A DNA stretch of 64,000 nt from assembly GCA_000002435.2 (NCBI GenBank), contig CM018793.1; one strand, written 5' to 3'. Below are positions 48,454-57,666 of this stretch, piece by piece; position 1 is the first letter of the stretch, and every line of letters begins with the position of its first letter. The notes below the pieces were generated by a model that worked only from the letters and a program-made list of their open reading frames with translations, did not search any database and was not told where the DNA came from. Both the position numbers and the translations under genes were made by a program. This stretch comes from Giardia intestinalis (Eukaryota).

Positions 48454-51400
48454 ATGCTCGGCTTTCAGCCGTCAGGTTGCTCCTTAGAAGACCAGCAAGT
48501 GTACGACAGGTGTAGTCAATATCTTTCTAAGCTGCTAGATTTCGGGACGGTCTTCACAACTCAGGAGTTTTCCGAGTTAGCTCTTTCAATAAGTAGGAGT
48601 GACTTGACGATCATTCTTTCAAAAGATTCACCCTTACTTGTGCATGCACTCAAGTACGTAAGGCTTGTATTAATGTACCACAAGATACACGTTAACATGA
48701 CGTTTTTGCTAGCCAGAATGCTTTCTCTAATCAGCTCTTTGAAAGGCACCCCAGAGCAATATGTGACTGCCCTAGATCTTACCATTGATAACCTGTATTT
48801 ACTGTTGGTGTCTTCCGAGTCGAGGGACCAACTTGTCAATTCACGCTCATTCATAGATCGCTGTGATGCCGCTACAACGGAGAATCCGTCGATCTTTGGT
48901 GTTACTGTCGATCCGTATCAGATAGTTTCGGATTTTGTAACGTTTATCAAAGAGACGGAGTACTTTACGAGCACATCTGTTAGAAACCTTGCTTTCAAAG
49001 CAGCTAACTTTTTGCTTTCCTACATTGTTGCCCCATACTTCGACCATGAAGCATCGGAGCGTGCCCGTGTAAAGGTGGGGTCATGCCGCTATGTGACCTC
49101 CCGGGCCCACGAAGCCGAAAATCACTTGTACTTAATGTCGTTTCTATTCACTGCTATGCAGGGTTCACGACTAGTCACCCACCTCGTTTACCAAATTCTG
49201 TCATATACCCCTGTTGTAGGTCTCTACAATGACGCGCTGCCACACCCATCTAGAGGGAGTTCATATGGCAAACTTGGGCTTTTGGGCCAAGAGTATCGTG
49301 CGCCAATGAATGGAGGGTCCTACACTGATAGCCACGTTGCTGGGTGTCCCATCCCACCTCGGGTGCCTACAATTCCAGCCCCCAGCAATCAAACCCAGCC
49401 AATCAGATCCTCGCAAGTATCCAGCACCGCTCCAGATGCACTCAAGCTTCCACAGTTCTATTTGCAGATGTCAAGCAGGTCTTCTAGAACGCACAATTGC
49501 ACGAGTGCACATATACCGCCTGTGACAGTTAAGAATCTAGTGTTTTATCCCTTTCTGTCTTGCTTTACAGAATGCTTTGTTTTTTGTAGTAGCTGCCAGA
49601 GCAGGCTTTTACCAACAGCCTACAAAGACAAGTCAGAGGCTAATGTTCAGGCATCTCGTGAACGAATATTCACATGCGACCGTTGCTACTCCAGCTCTCT
49701 TCTTGAACAGCTCTTTACAGGTCTCCTGAAAGCGCTGGAGCTCAATTCTTCCCGGGGTAAGGAAGTTATTAGCTACAATGACATTATAGCCCTTTTTGGG
49801 TACATCTTCGTCTGTCATCAAGCTCTCTTAACATACACGCGATCTAAGATGCTTCTGGGCACAAGTTGTCGCCAAATTCATCTTAACTTGCGCCACAAAC
49901 TTCTTCAAACCCGAAGGCTTGCCACCTCTCTTGATGAATCTTTCTCGATTGGGGGCTTTTATAAGTCTGAGGGTGCTGCCTATGCCAGAATCCACAAGCT
50001 TAAATCAGCCATTGAGAACGAATACACATCTGTTTCTGTTCCCTTGTCAACAGATTTTCCATTCCCTTCCCCGTTTTCTTTGTTGGCAAGCACAGAGTGT
50101 ACATGCAACAAGGCCCGGTCCCTCCAACCGCAGAAGATCATCATAAATAGCACCCAGGAGATGCTTATGGATGCTGGTCACCTTCTCCTCAAGAAGCCCA
50201 TTCTGTCTAATAACACTTTTTGCGCAAACCGGTTTGTTGCTGATGTACCAGTGTGGGAGCCTAATCCCCTCTGGTCTGAATGCGATCCTTTTGAACTGTC
50301 CCTCACTACCATTCTCCTTGGGCTCACCAAGGGAAAATTCCTACTGTACCTTATTCAGCATATGAATAGCTTTGTCTGTGAGCTTGAAAAAAAAGTTACA
50401 ATCCGTGACCTTCCCTGCCAGAAGGTCGAAACGCACTATGCGCGAACTATTTATCACTACTCGATGTTCTTAGGCTGTTTGCTAGATTTCTACTTTAGTT
50501 ATAACTTCTCAAAAGTTATCAACATGTTGATTTCTACGACTACCGCAGAAAGAACACCCACACCATCCAGTAATGAGCTCAGCGCGCATCACCAAATCAC
50601 CATCTCTAAAGAATGCATAGACTCCATTACTTCTACCCTCTCTGCAGCTCTTGAGATAGCGAAGGCATTGGAGAGGGACCTGTTCTGCTGTGAAGCAACA
50701 GAGGAGGTCTATTGTCCTGAACTGCAGGATGACTATTGGATCTTGGAGATAACAGCACCTGCTAGACTATACATTACAACCAGGATGCAGCCGGTGTGTG
50801 ACGGTGTTACTATCACAGATAACTATAAGGGTTTGCTGACTAAGCTAGTCACAAAGCATACTGATACTACCCTAGTTTCTTCAAGAAGCGTTCTCTGTGA
50901 CTTGTTGATAGAATCAGCCACGAAGATGTTCGCTACGTTGACGAAGAAAGCATTTCCAATTCTCTCCACCATCCAAGATGCTGCTGAGCTTGACTATATG
51001 ATTAACTCCCATTTGAATGCAGACCCTGGCTCACAGAATGGCACAGGTATGGGCGCAGCCTCAATGAACGAGTCCCTTAGTCACACGCTGATCACAGGCT
51101 CTGGGTTCAATGGTTTGATTAAGGCAGAGGTGGGCGAGCAGACTGTGTCTACGTCGCGGCTATTGGGGAGTGGTGCCATTGCCACACAATCTGGGTATAA
51201 CAATGTAGACTTTGACCAGCACTTATACCAAAAGATGCGCTATGACTACTCCAGGAGTTGGAAGGATATCGTTATGAGATTTCGCATGACCATGGTGCAA
51301 TGTATTTCGACCGGCCAGAGCTACAATCCTCCATCGAGTGCAGGGATAGATTGCAATATTCTAAAGAAGAGCATCATTGGACCCCCTGGTACACATCCCT

Positions 51401-54400
51401 TCATACGCAATAAGCCGTTGGGCCAGATGATGCCTATGATTCAAGCTTCTGCATTCAGAAATAGAATACTAAGCTTTTTCTCAACGGCGACAGACTCTGC
51501 GGTTCTCCACAAAACAATCGGTTTGCCATACGCCATACTGCCGCGGAAATTCGCGTCTCCAATTATGCGCCGCATACCTTATGAGCAACGACCGGAGAGG
51601 TTATATCTCCATTCGGCCCTCTCTACTTTATGTATATCCGCTACTAACTCTCTTCACACATTCTGTACTAGTGGAGCATCTCAGTTAAACCTGGACCCAT
51701 CCAAATTTGTGCACCCGTCGCTGTGGATGTATTACTCCATTCACTACATACAGGAAAGCAAGTACACACTGCGCTTCTTTGGAAGCAATTTATTTAAAAA
51801 CGAACCCTTTGATGTAGATCGCATCAGAGCGTCTGCAAGTCTCTTCAACGTGAAGCTCGCCTCAGAGTCCCGCCTATATTGGTCCTACATCTGTGATTTC
51901 CTATCATTGTCTATGGGTCCATCGTATAAGTGCCTGCTCCATCCCAGTGACTCGTCCTTTACTCGTATTAAACTGGAGAATGCGAAAGATAAGCGCCAGT
52001 CAGACCAAGCTAGCAAAAGCCATGAAGATACTGTTATTCTTGACTATATGCAGCACAACACGGAAATACCTTCCATCGCTACATCATCCTATCACGCTCA
52101 GTCTCTACATGTTGTAGAATCTGACACCCATAGCCTTGGTACATGTATGCACAATCAAGAGTCAGCAACCGCAATAGCACCAGCGATTCTCCAGCATAAC
52201 AGACTTCATATCGCAGCAGATGCCTCGTATGCCGATTGCTTCAACGTCTCAAAAGTTTCTGGAGTGATGGGAATGTTGAGTCCTTCGCAATCTTTCTATG
52301 AGCACCCAGCTCTCTCTCCCCATCGGTTCCTGACAGAGCTCGCTCTGTCTGGATCTGAAGCAGACCTTTTCAGTAGCGTCATCTCTGGCACTTCCGTTTC
52401 GTCCATTCAATGTTTTGAGCTGCTAGAAAGCTTTCTAATAACGCAAAACTTGGAACTATCCGAGCTTCTGCTTAAGTTTTCATTGATGCACAGTTTATAT
52501 GTACGTGAGCTCTTGCCTTCGGAGACTGTCCTCCTTGGTGAGGATTCATTTTCTGGTCTATCAAGTTATGTTCTGTTTCATGACTTCTACCTGGCCATGC
52601 ATGACATGATGCTGTATGCTGACAAACCAGTGGAACCCTTGCCGCAGACGCTAGAGCACACCCCATCCAAAAGCCAACGATCTCTGCTAAAAGTCAGGGA
52701 GTCTTCAACCTGTACCAATCGCGAATCCTGTGTCACTGCCGAGTTAACCGCAGAACTGGATATGGATCAGCCACAGGTGATACCTGGCTCTTCTACATCA
52801 ACTACCTCCGGTATCTTTCATCCAAACATATTTATGGATAAACCGACAAGCAACAAGCATGCGTGCCTTTATTATGAGCCGAAAGCTACGGAGCACCAGC
52901 AGTACATGATGTGCGGACTGGACACGCTTAACACGCCTCTCATCCCCGTCAGTGTGATTACCCAGATATTGGCCATCGCTGATTACGATGAAAACTATGG
53001 GATAGATGAAACAATGGATTCAGCTGGCTTCTGTCTGGGGCTTCACACGATAGATGTGCTTGCGCAAGCCCTCAATACTCGCCCGATCTTAGCTTACAAT
53101 ACAACACTTCTGCGCTTTATTGCCAGCATTTTGCGTACCTTGTCAGGATGCATTAATGCATTGAGCTTCCGTGATTATGCTGCCCAGCTGGTGTTTTGCA
53201 ACATTGTTTCCTTGCTGATTTCTCAATACGGCTTGACACACTTAGCAATTACTCTAGCAGAAGTTACATTGGGGGTATATAGCTCCATTTGCGACCAGCC
53301 CAGTAGTTTCTATAGGAAAATGCGTCTGGCGAGCAGCATTGACGCATACCTGAAAGAATTTGGACCAAGCCTGGGACACGCTGATGAGTACATACACTTT
53401 GTCGATCTGACACAAGGCAGAACAAGAATTCCGCTATTCTCGACTCTATTCGATGCAGACCCAACCCTGGTGGTGGAGGTATCCACTGGGAACGTTGTCG
53501 TCATCAACTTAGAGATAAAGTCGCTTCTACTCGTGCCATTTTCAGTATACATTACTGCAAAATGGTTTTATATGCAATTGCATGCAATAATCATCCGCTA
53601 TGCCAGGCTTTTGTTGAAGCTAGACCTGGCAGATCTAACGCGAGTTTGCGCTGCCGATAACTGTGACTATGGGCCCATGATAAGGTACATCTCTGATTAC
53701 TCTTCCATGATAACAACACTCAGCACATACCTCCGGGATGACCACCTCCAGCGTTTAGCGATAGACAACTGTGCTGATGATGCATCTGACCAAGAGGGTA
53801 GACAAGCAGCTCTTCTTCTAAATCCTCTTGCTATCATGCAACATAAGTACTTCCTTGCTGCGTTCAGGGACCCCCAGATGCAGCTCTATGTTCATGTGTC
53901 CATAGCTGTTCAAACCACAAACATCCGCCAGGTGGTCGCGTCCCGTCGTGAGGCGTTAAAGAACTTTCTGCTCAAGCACTTCTTCACCCGCCTAACAGTG
54001 CTCACAGAGCAGTACATACAATATGAAAAGAGCTTTCAGCTCAAGACAGCAACCACTAACTACCGCAATCCACTGCTTAAAAAATCCTCCATTTATACCC
54101 TTGCAACTGTGGGTATTGATCCTAAGCCTCTCCTGCACAAGGGACAACTGCAGGCTACCATTAGTAGCTATCAAGAGGCTTCTAAGCATCTTACACCTGA
54201 CGATAATGCTTACTTCGAGGAGCTTCGCCGCTCTATAGACAGCTCGTTTGCCACAGTGTTTGCCACTGATCACAGCGACGAAGGCTTTACGCTAACTTCT
54301 GCTCCTAAGCCCAAGCAGGACGCCTTAAAGGACGCCCCTAATCGCCTCTTTCCTTCCACCACTGCATCGGCAAATGAGCTTTCTCTGCCCCTTGTTGACT

Positions 54401-54552
54401 ATCTTATTATGCTCGATGGACTTCTCCTATCTATACACGCCACTGCTCCAGACATCAACATTGGCCACGAGCTTTTGGCCGACCTTTGTTTGGTTAGTGC
54501 GTCAGGGGCAGTTTCTCTGTGGACAAAGCATGAGCAAGAATGCACTCATTAA
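48454..54552 (+). CDS. Large hypothetical protein (2032 aa) with no family recognised by eye.
   Basis: A 6.1-kb uninterrupted ORF. ATG at 48454 behind 'gctgaaataaaaaATG'. Ordinary amino-acid composition. Confidence 0.8.
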   Translation: MLGFQPSGCSLEDQQVYDRCSQYLSKLLDFGTVFTTQEFSELALSISRSDLTIILSKDSPLLVHALKYVRLVLMYHKIHVNMTFLLARMLSLISSLKGTPEQYVTALDLTIDNLYLLLVSSESRDQLVNSRSFIDRCDAATTENPSIFGVTVDPYQIVSDFVTFIKETEYFTSTSVRNLAFKAANFLLSYIVAPYFDHEASERARVKVGSCRYVTSRAHEAENHLYLMSFLFTAMQGSRLVTHLVYQILSYTPVVGLYNDALPHPSRGSSYGKLGLLGQEYRAPMNGGSYTDSHVAGCPIPPRVPTIPAPSNQTQPIRSSQVSSTAPDALKLPQFYLQMSSRSSRTHNCTSAHIPPVTVKNLVFYPFLSCFTECFVFCSSCQSRLLPTAYKDKSEANVQASRERIFTCDRCYSSSLLEQLFTGLLKALELNSSRGKEVISYNDIIALFGYIFVCHQALLTYTRSKMLLGTSCRQIHLNLRHKLLQTRRLATSLDESFSIGGFYKSEGAAYARIHKLKSAIENEYTSVSVPLSTDFPFPSPFSLLASTECTCNKARSLQPQKIIINSTQEMLMDAGHLLLKKPILSNNTFCANRFVADVPVWEPNPLWSECDPFELSLTTILLGLTKGKFLLYLIQHMNSFVCELEKKVTIRDLPCQKVETHYARTIYHYSMFLGCLLDFYFSYNFSKVINMLISTTTAERTPTPSSNELSAHHQITISKECIDSITSTLSAALEIAKALERDLFCCEATEEVYCPELQDDYWILEITAPARLYITTRMQPVCDGVTITDNYKGLLTKLVTKHTDTTLVSSRSVLCDLLIESATKMFATLTKKAFPILSTIQDAAELDYMINSHLNADPGSQNGTGMGAASMNESLSHTLITGSGFNGLIKAEVGEQTVSTSRLLGSGAIATQSGYNNVDFDQHLYQKMRYDYSRSWKDIVMRFRMTMVQCISTGQSYNPPSSAGIDCNILKKSIIGPPGTHPFIRNKPLGQMMPMIQASAFRNRILSFFSTATDSAVLHKTIGLPYAILPRKFASPIMRRIPYEQRPERLYLHSALSTLCISATNSLHTFCTSGASQLNLDPSKFVHPSLWMYYSIHYIQESKYTLRFFGSNLFKNEPFDVDRIRASASLFNVKLASESRLYWSYICDFLSLSMGPSYKCLLHPSDSSFTRIKLENAKDKRQSDQASKSHEDTVILDYMQHNTEIPSIATSSYHAQSLHVVESDTHSLGTCMHNQESATAIAPAILQHNRLHIAADASYADCFNVSKVSGVMGMLSPSQSFYEHPALSPHRFLTELALSGSEADLFSSVISGTSVSSIQCFELLESFLITQNLELSELLLKFSLMHSLYVRELLPSETVLLGEDSFSGLSSYVLFHDFYLAMHDMMLYADKPVEPLPQTLEHTPSKSQRSLLKVRESSTCTNRESCVTAELTAELDMDQPQVIPGSSTSTTSGIFHPNIFMDKPTSNKHACLYYEPKATEHQQYMMCGLDTLNTPLIPVSVITQILAIADYDENYGIDETMDSAGFCLGLHTIDVLAQALNTRPILAYNTTLLRFIASILRTLSGCINALSFRDYAAQLVFCNIVSLLISQYGLTHLAITLAEVTLGVYSSICDQPSSFYRKMRLASSIDAYLKEFGPSLGHADEYIHFVDLTQGRTRIPLFSTLFDADPTLVVEVSTGNVVVINLEIKSLLLVPFSVYITAKWFYMQLHAIIIRYARLLLKLDLADLTRVCAADNCDYGPMIRYISDYSSMITTLSTYLRDDHLQRLAIDNCADDASDQEGRQAALLLNPLAIMQHKYFLAAFRDPQMQLYVHVSIAVQTTNIRQVVASRREALKNFLLKHFFTRLTVLTEQYIQYEKSFQLKTATTNYRNPLLKKSSIYTLATVGIDPKPLLHKGQLQATISSYQEASKHLTPDDNAYFEELRRSIDSSFATVFATDHSDEGFTLTSAPKPKQDALKDAPNRLFPSTTASANELSLPLVDYLIMLDGLLLSIHATAPDINIGHELLADLCLVSASGAVSLWTKHEQECTH

Positions 54553-57500
54553 ATGGGCCCGCGCATACTTATAAGACGGTGCCTTCGGATCACCGCATAC
54601 CGCCATTCGTCAAAAACAGCGAGTAGTAATCTATTTTCATGCAATAAGTGCGCCTTTAGGACTTTGGAACTTAGAACTATGCTTCCAAGCAGCCCGGTTT
54701 CTAAAAGCTCCTTGTTTGTGTGAGATACAAGACACGACACTGGGATATCTGTTCTTGCACTACAGCCACAGAGAGCCTTATCTGCCCAACGCTCCAGCAG
54801 CCCTTTGTAAAAAGAATCTGCCTGCTTCTCTAGATAAATGGCCTCTCTGGATGCACGAAGGGACAGCTTCCATCGTCGCAGATAAAAAAACTTGATGTAC
54901 CTTATTCCTATTGTGTAGACATATGTATATATCCGAGACCTAACTGCCACATACTCCAGCGCCTTGCATGTCCTGGTCAAAAGACAGCGCTGATAAAATT
55001 GGTCCGCTCGCGCTGTGTCTCTAATGATCAGCATGTAGCTAGTTCTTAGTGAAGATAATCCCACTTGCTTTAACGTGTGCTCATATTTTTTATCCAATTT
55101 GGTTAGAAGGCATTGGTATTGGTGGAGCACAGTCAAGGTGGAGAACGCCCTCCGCATGAGAGACCGCCAGTATTGCTTATCTGATATATGGAGATATCTG
55201 ATTGATACTGATATAGCGCACATCGCTTGAAACGCCTGCCTTTGGAGCATGAAGCTATGGGAGCATCGTGACTTTGTTTGGATTCTCCACTGGTGAAACA
55301 CCTCAGTTACGATGGCGTTTGCAAACCGCGCCGTATACGCGTCCATTATCACCTTTAGGGTAGCCCCCAGATTAATGACTCTTCGATGCTGATACAAGCG
55401 TATATTCCACTGTCTAAAGGCAGCCTTCACCAGGCAGATTTGTCGCCTGTAGAATAAGAGACGGCTTTCCTGCTTCTGCCTAGTCTTTAACAGAAGTAAG
55501 TGCAGAACAAAGCGGGTTAGCTTTTGGGTGTGAAACGCATCTGCTTGCACAACCAGCTGCTGCAGCGCTAGGGCTCTTTGGTTACGTAGAGAGACCTCGT
55601 GCCAGTGGCGGATACAGATGCGGCAGATGTCATGCTGGTAGGTCCGTGAGGCACGATAGCTTTCCAGCTGAATCGTATGTCTATAACACGGAAGTGAAAT
55701 TTCCCACACTATCTTACGAAGCGCTCTGCGCTGTAGTGCCAGTCTGTGCATGGCCCAGAAGATCCGCCTGTATCTAAAGTTGCGCCTATTATTGATATGC
55801 TGTTCTAAGAACACGCTGCAACTATAAGCTAATTTAAAAGATTCAAATGCGCTTCTTTTAAGGTCAAGGGTCGATCGTGCTAGTATGCCAGCAGCCCGAG
55901 AGGTTAGCTCAGCATACCTTTTCGCCAGTGATGAGATGTGTCTCCAAGCAATGGAGACCAAAAGGTTGCGGTAGAATTGGTCGGATTGATTATCTTTAAA
56001 GGCACTCGCCTCTGCATATGCGTGACACAGATGGGCAAACGAAATCCTCAGGATAAGTCTTGTCCCTGCGACCAAGACACACTGCCGCTGTACGCTCAGG
56101 CCTAGTGATAAAATCTTGATTATGCGCGATTTCTCGACATAAGTGTAGTAGATGATCGCAAGATTATGTAAGGTGTGTAGGTAGAACACGTCCCGAAGCC
56201 TTGAGAACACCTTTTGAACAAGGATACTGTTATAATAGGTTGCTCCAAATGTTTCTAAAGCTGCCCTTGTATGTGCTGATTGTAGTACTTCACTGAGAGC
56301 GATGAAAGATGGCCTCGTTTCGTGAATACGCTTGGTGTCACTAGGGTTAAACACTATACAGGCCTTTCTGCGGATGCGGGACAGCTTAGATATTAGTCCT
56401 ATAACAATAGAGAGGTCCGTAAGGGACAAGACCGAACGGCTTTGCGGAGTCAACGGAGTTCCTACTGCTATGAATATGTTGTATAAATGAGTGAGATAGG
56501 GCTCGCTTGATCTGTATGTGATCGTTCTCGACGGCTCCTGCTGCAGGATAGAGGGAGAAGAAAAAATAGAAGGCTCTGGATAGCTTGTAGTAGAGGGCCC
56601 AATGGAGTCGTAGAGCAATCTCCGCAAAACCTTTTCTCTCTGGACAGCCACGCGCGTGTGTAAGGCACTAAGCCACTGATCCAGGCACCTTCTTTTAGTG
56701 AACATACTCAGCACGCCGGAGACAAGACTGTCTATCTGCATAAGACACCTCTTGTAACAGAGAAGCTTGTGCCACGTCAATAGAGTGCCTCTGAGGAGCA
56801 TGTAAGTATCATTGTCTAGAATCACTGCGCTTGATAAGCGTAACATGTTCTGTATGTAGATAACGCGAAGGTGAAAAGCCCTGAAAAAGAGCTGCTTATA
56901 GAGTCTAAGCATGTGCTGTTCAAGAGCATCTAGATTAGTACATGCAGAAGCGTGTCCTGAGCTATGACTGCTGAGTCCTTGGGTGGAATAGTTTGCAAGG
57001 TGTGTCATGGAATCCAGGATTTTGCTGTCAGCATGCCCGAGAAGCGCTGCCTCTCGTAATGCATCCTCCCGGCAGACGTGGATCATAGCCTGATCATTAT
57101 CATGAACTTCTTTGGCCGCACTAAAAGACTGCTGGGCCTCATAGACCCTATCCTTGAGTAGCGTTATAGCTGCAGAATCAACGGAGCGGAGCGTGACCAG
57201 ACAGCCCCTCAGTGCTTGGATTCGCAGTGCTCGCAGCTGTGGCCAATCCTCCTCCCAAAATCTGCAGAATTCCTGGGAAGAGAGCGGGGTTTTCCACATG
57301 GGTTGAAGCATCTTCTTGACAGGTGCATCTATGGTGACAGAAGACCCGTGCAAGACAGACGACCCCTGAGAAGGGATAGAGGCACACATATCCATACTGA
57401 CACAGAGACAATAGCGCCGAAACACAGACCCCCGGGGCACCAAGGAAAGAGGCTCTGTCGGGCCTTGTTGAGTAATCTGTGCCTTACGTTGTGGAGCTCG

Positions 57501-57602
57501 CTTTGGTGGTGAGCGCACAGCTAAGCCCCTGTCAGCCATTTCACTGCGTTGCAAACCCTGGGGATAGAGTCTGCTGAGGCTGTAGTGTTGGCAATTTACC
57601 AT
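54549..57602 (-). CDS. Sfi1-like repeat protein (1017 aa) with a periodic hydrophobic-x-x-W-[KR] pattern.
   Basis: Recurrent motifs about 25-40 aa apart: FCRFWEEDW, LTWHKLLCYKR, IFWAMHRLALQRR, AFRQWNIRLYQHRR, FHQWRIQTKSR, KQYWRSLMRR, YLRRWKLSLRASR, LLERWADKAL, FDEWRYAVIRRHR. This resembles the centrin-binding Sfi1 repeat (L/F-x-x-W-K/R), a family-level inference. ATG at 57602 behind an AT-rich upstream region. Confidence 0.75.
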   Translation of the reverse strand: MVNCQHYSLSRLYPQGLQRSEMADRGLAVRSPPKRAPQRKAQITQQGPTEPLSLVPRGSVFRRYCLCVSMDMCASIPSQGSSVLHGSSVTIDAPVKKMLQPMWKTPLSSQEFCRFWEEDWPQLRALRIQALRGCLVTLRSVDSAAITLLKDRVYEAQQSFSAAKEVHDNDQAMIHVCREDALREAALLGHADSKILDSMTHLANYSTQGLSSHSSGHASACTNLDALEQHMLRLYKQLFFRAFHLRVIYIQNMLRLSSAVILDNDTYMLLRGTLLTWHKLLCYKRCLMQIDSLVSGVLSMFTKRRCLDQWLSALHTRVAVQREKVLRRLLYDSIGPSTTSYPEPSIFSSPSILQQEPSRTITYRSSEPYLTHLYNIFIAVGTPLTPQSRSVLSLTDLSIVIGLISKLSRIRRKACIVFNPSDTKRIHETRPSFIALSEVLQSAHTRAALETFGATYYNSILVQKVFSRLRDVFYLHTLHNLAIIYYTYVEKSRIIKILSLGLSVQRQCVLVAGTRLILRISFAHLCHAYAEASAFKDNQSDQFYRNLLVSIAWRHISSLAKRYAELTSRAAGILARSTLDLKRSAFESFKLAYSCSVFLEQHINNRRNFRYRRIFWAMHRLALQRRALRKIVWEISLPCYRHTIQLESYRASRTYQHDICRICIRHWHEVSLRNQRALALQQLVVQADAFHTQKLTRFVLHLLLLKTRQKQESRLLFYRRQICLVKAAFRQWNIRLYQHRRVINLGATLKVIMDAYTARFANAIVTEVFHQWRIQTKSRCSHSFMLQRQAFQAMCAISVSIRYLHISDKQYWRSLMRRAFSTLTVLHQYQCLLTKLDKKYEHTLKQVGLSSLRTSYMLIIRDTARADQFYQRCLLTRTCKALEYVAVRSRIYTYVYTIGIRYIKFFYLRRWKLSLRASREAIYLEKQADSFYKGLLERWADKALCGCSARTDIPVSCLVSHTNKELLETGLLGSIVLSSKVLKAHLLHENRLLLAVFDEWRYAVIRRHRLISMRGPI

Positions 57603-57666
57603 AAATTGTCATTAGTAAAATAATATTTGCAATAAATGCCCAAGCGTGGATTTCTGTTTTTATTAA
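57603..57666. promoter_or_regulatory. A 64-bp AT-rich divergent promoter region between the Sfi1-like (minus strand) and Nop56/58 (plus strand) start codons.
   Basis: Plus strand 57600-57669 is 'CATaaattgtcattagtaaaataatatttgcaataaatgcccaagcgtggatttctgtttttattaaATG'. Confidence 0.45.
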
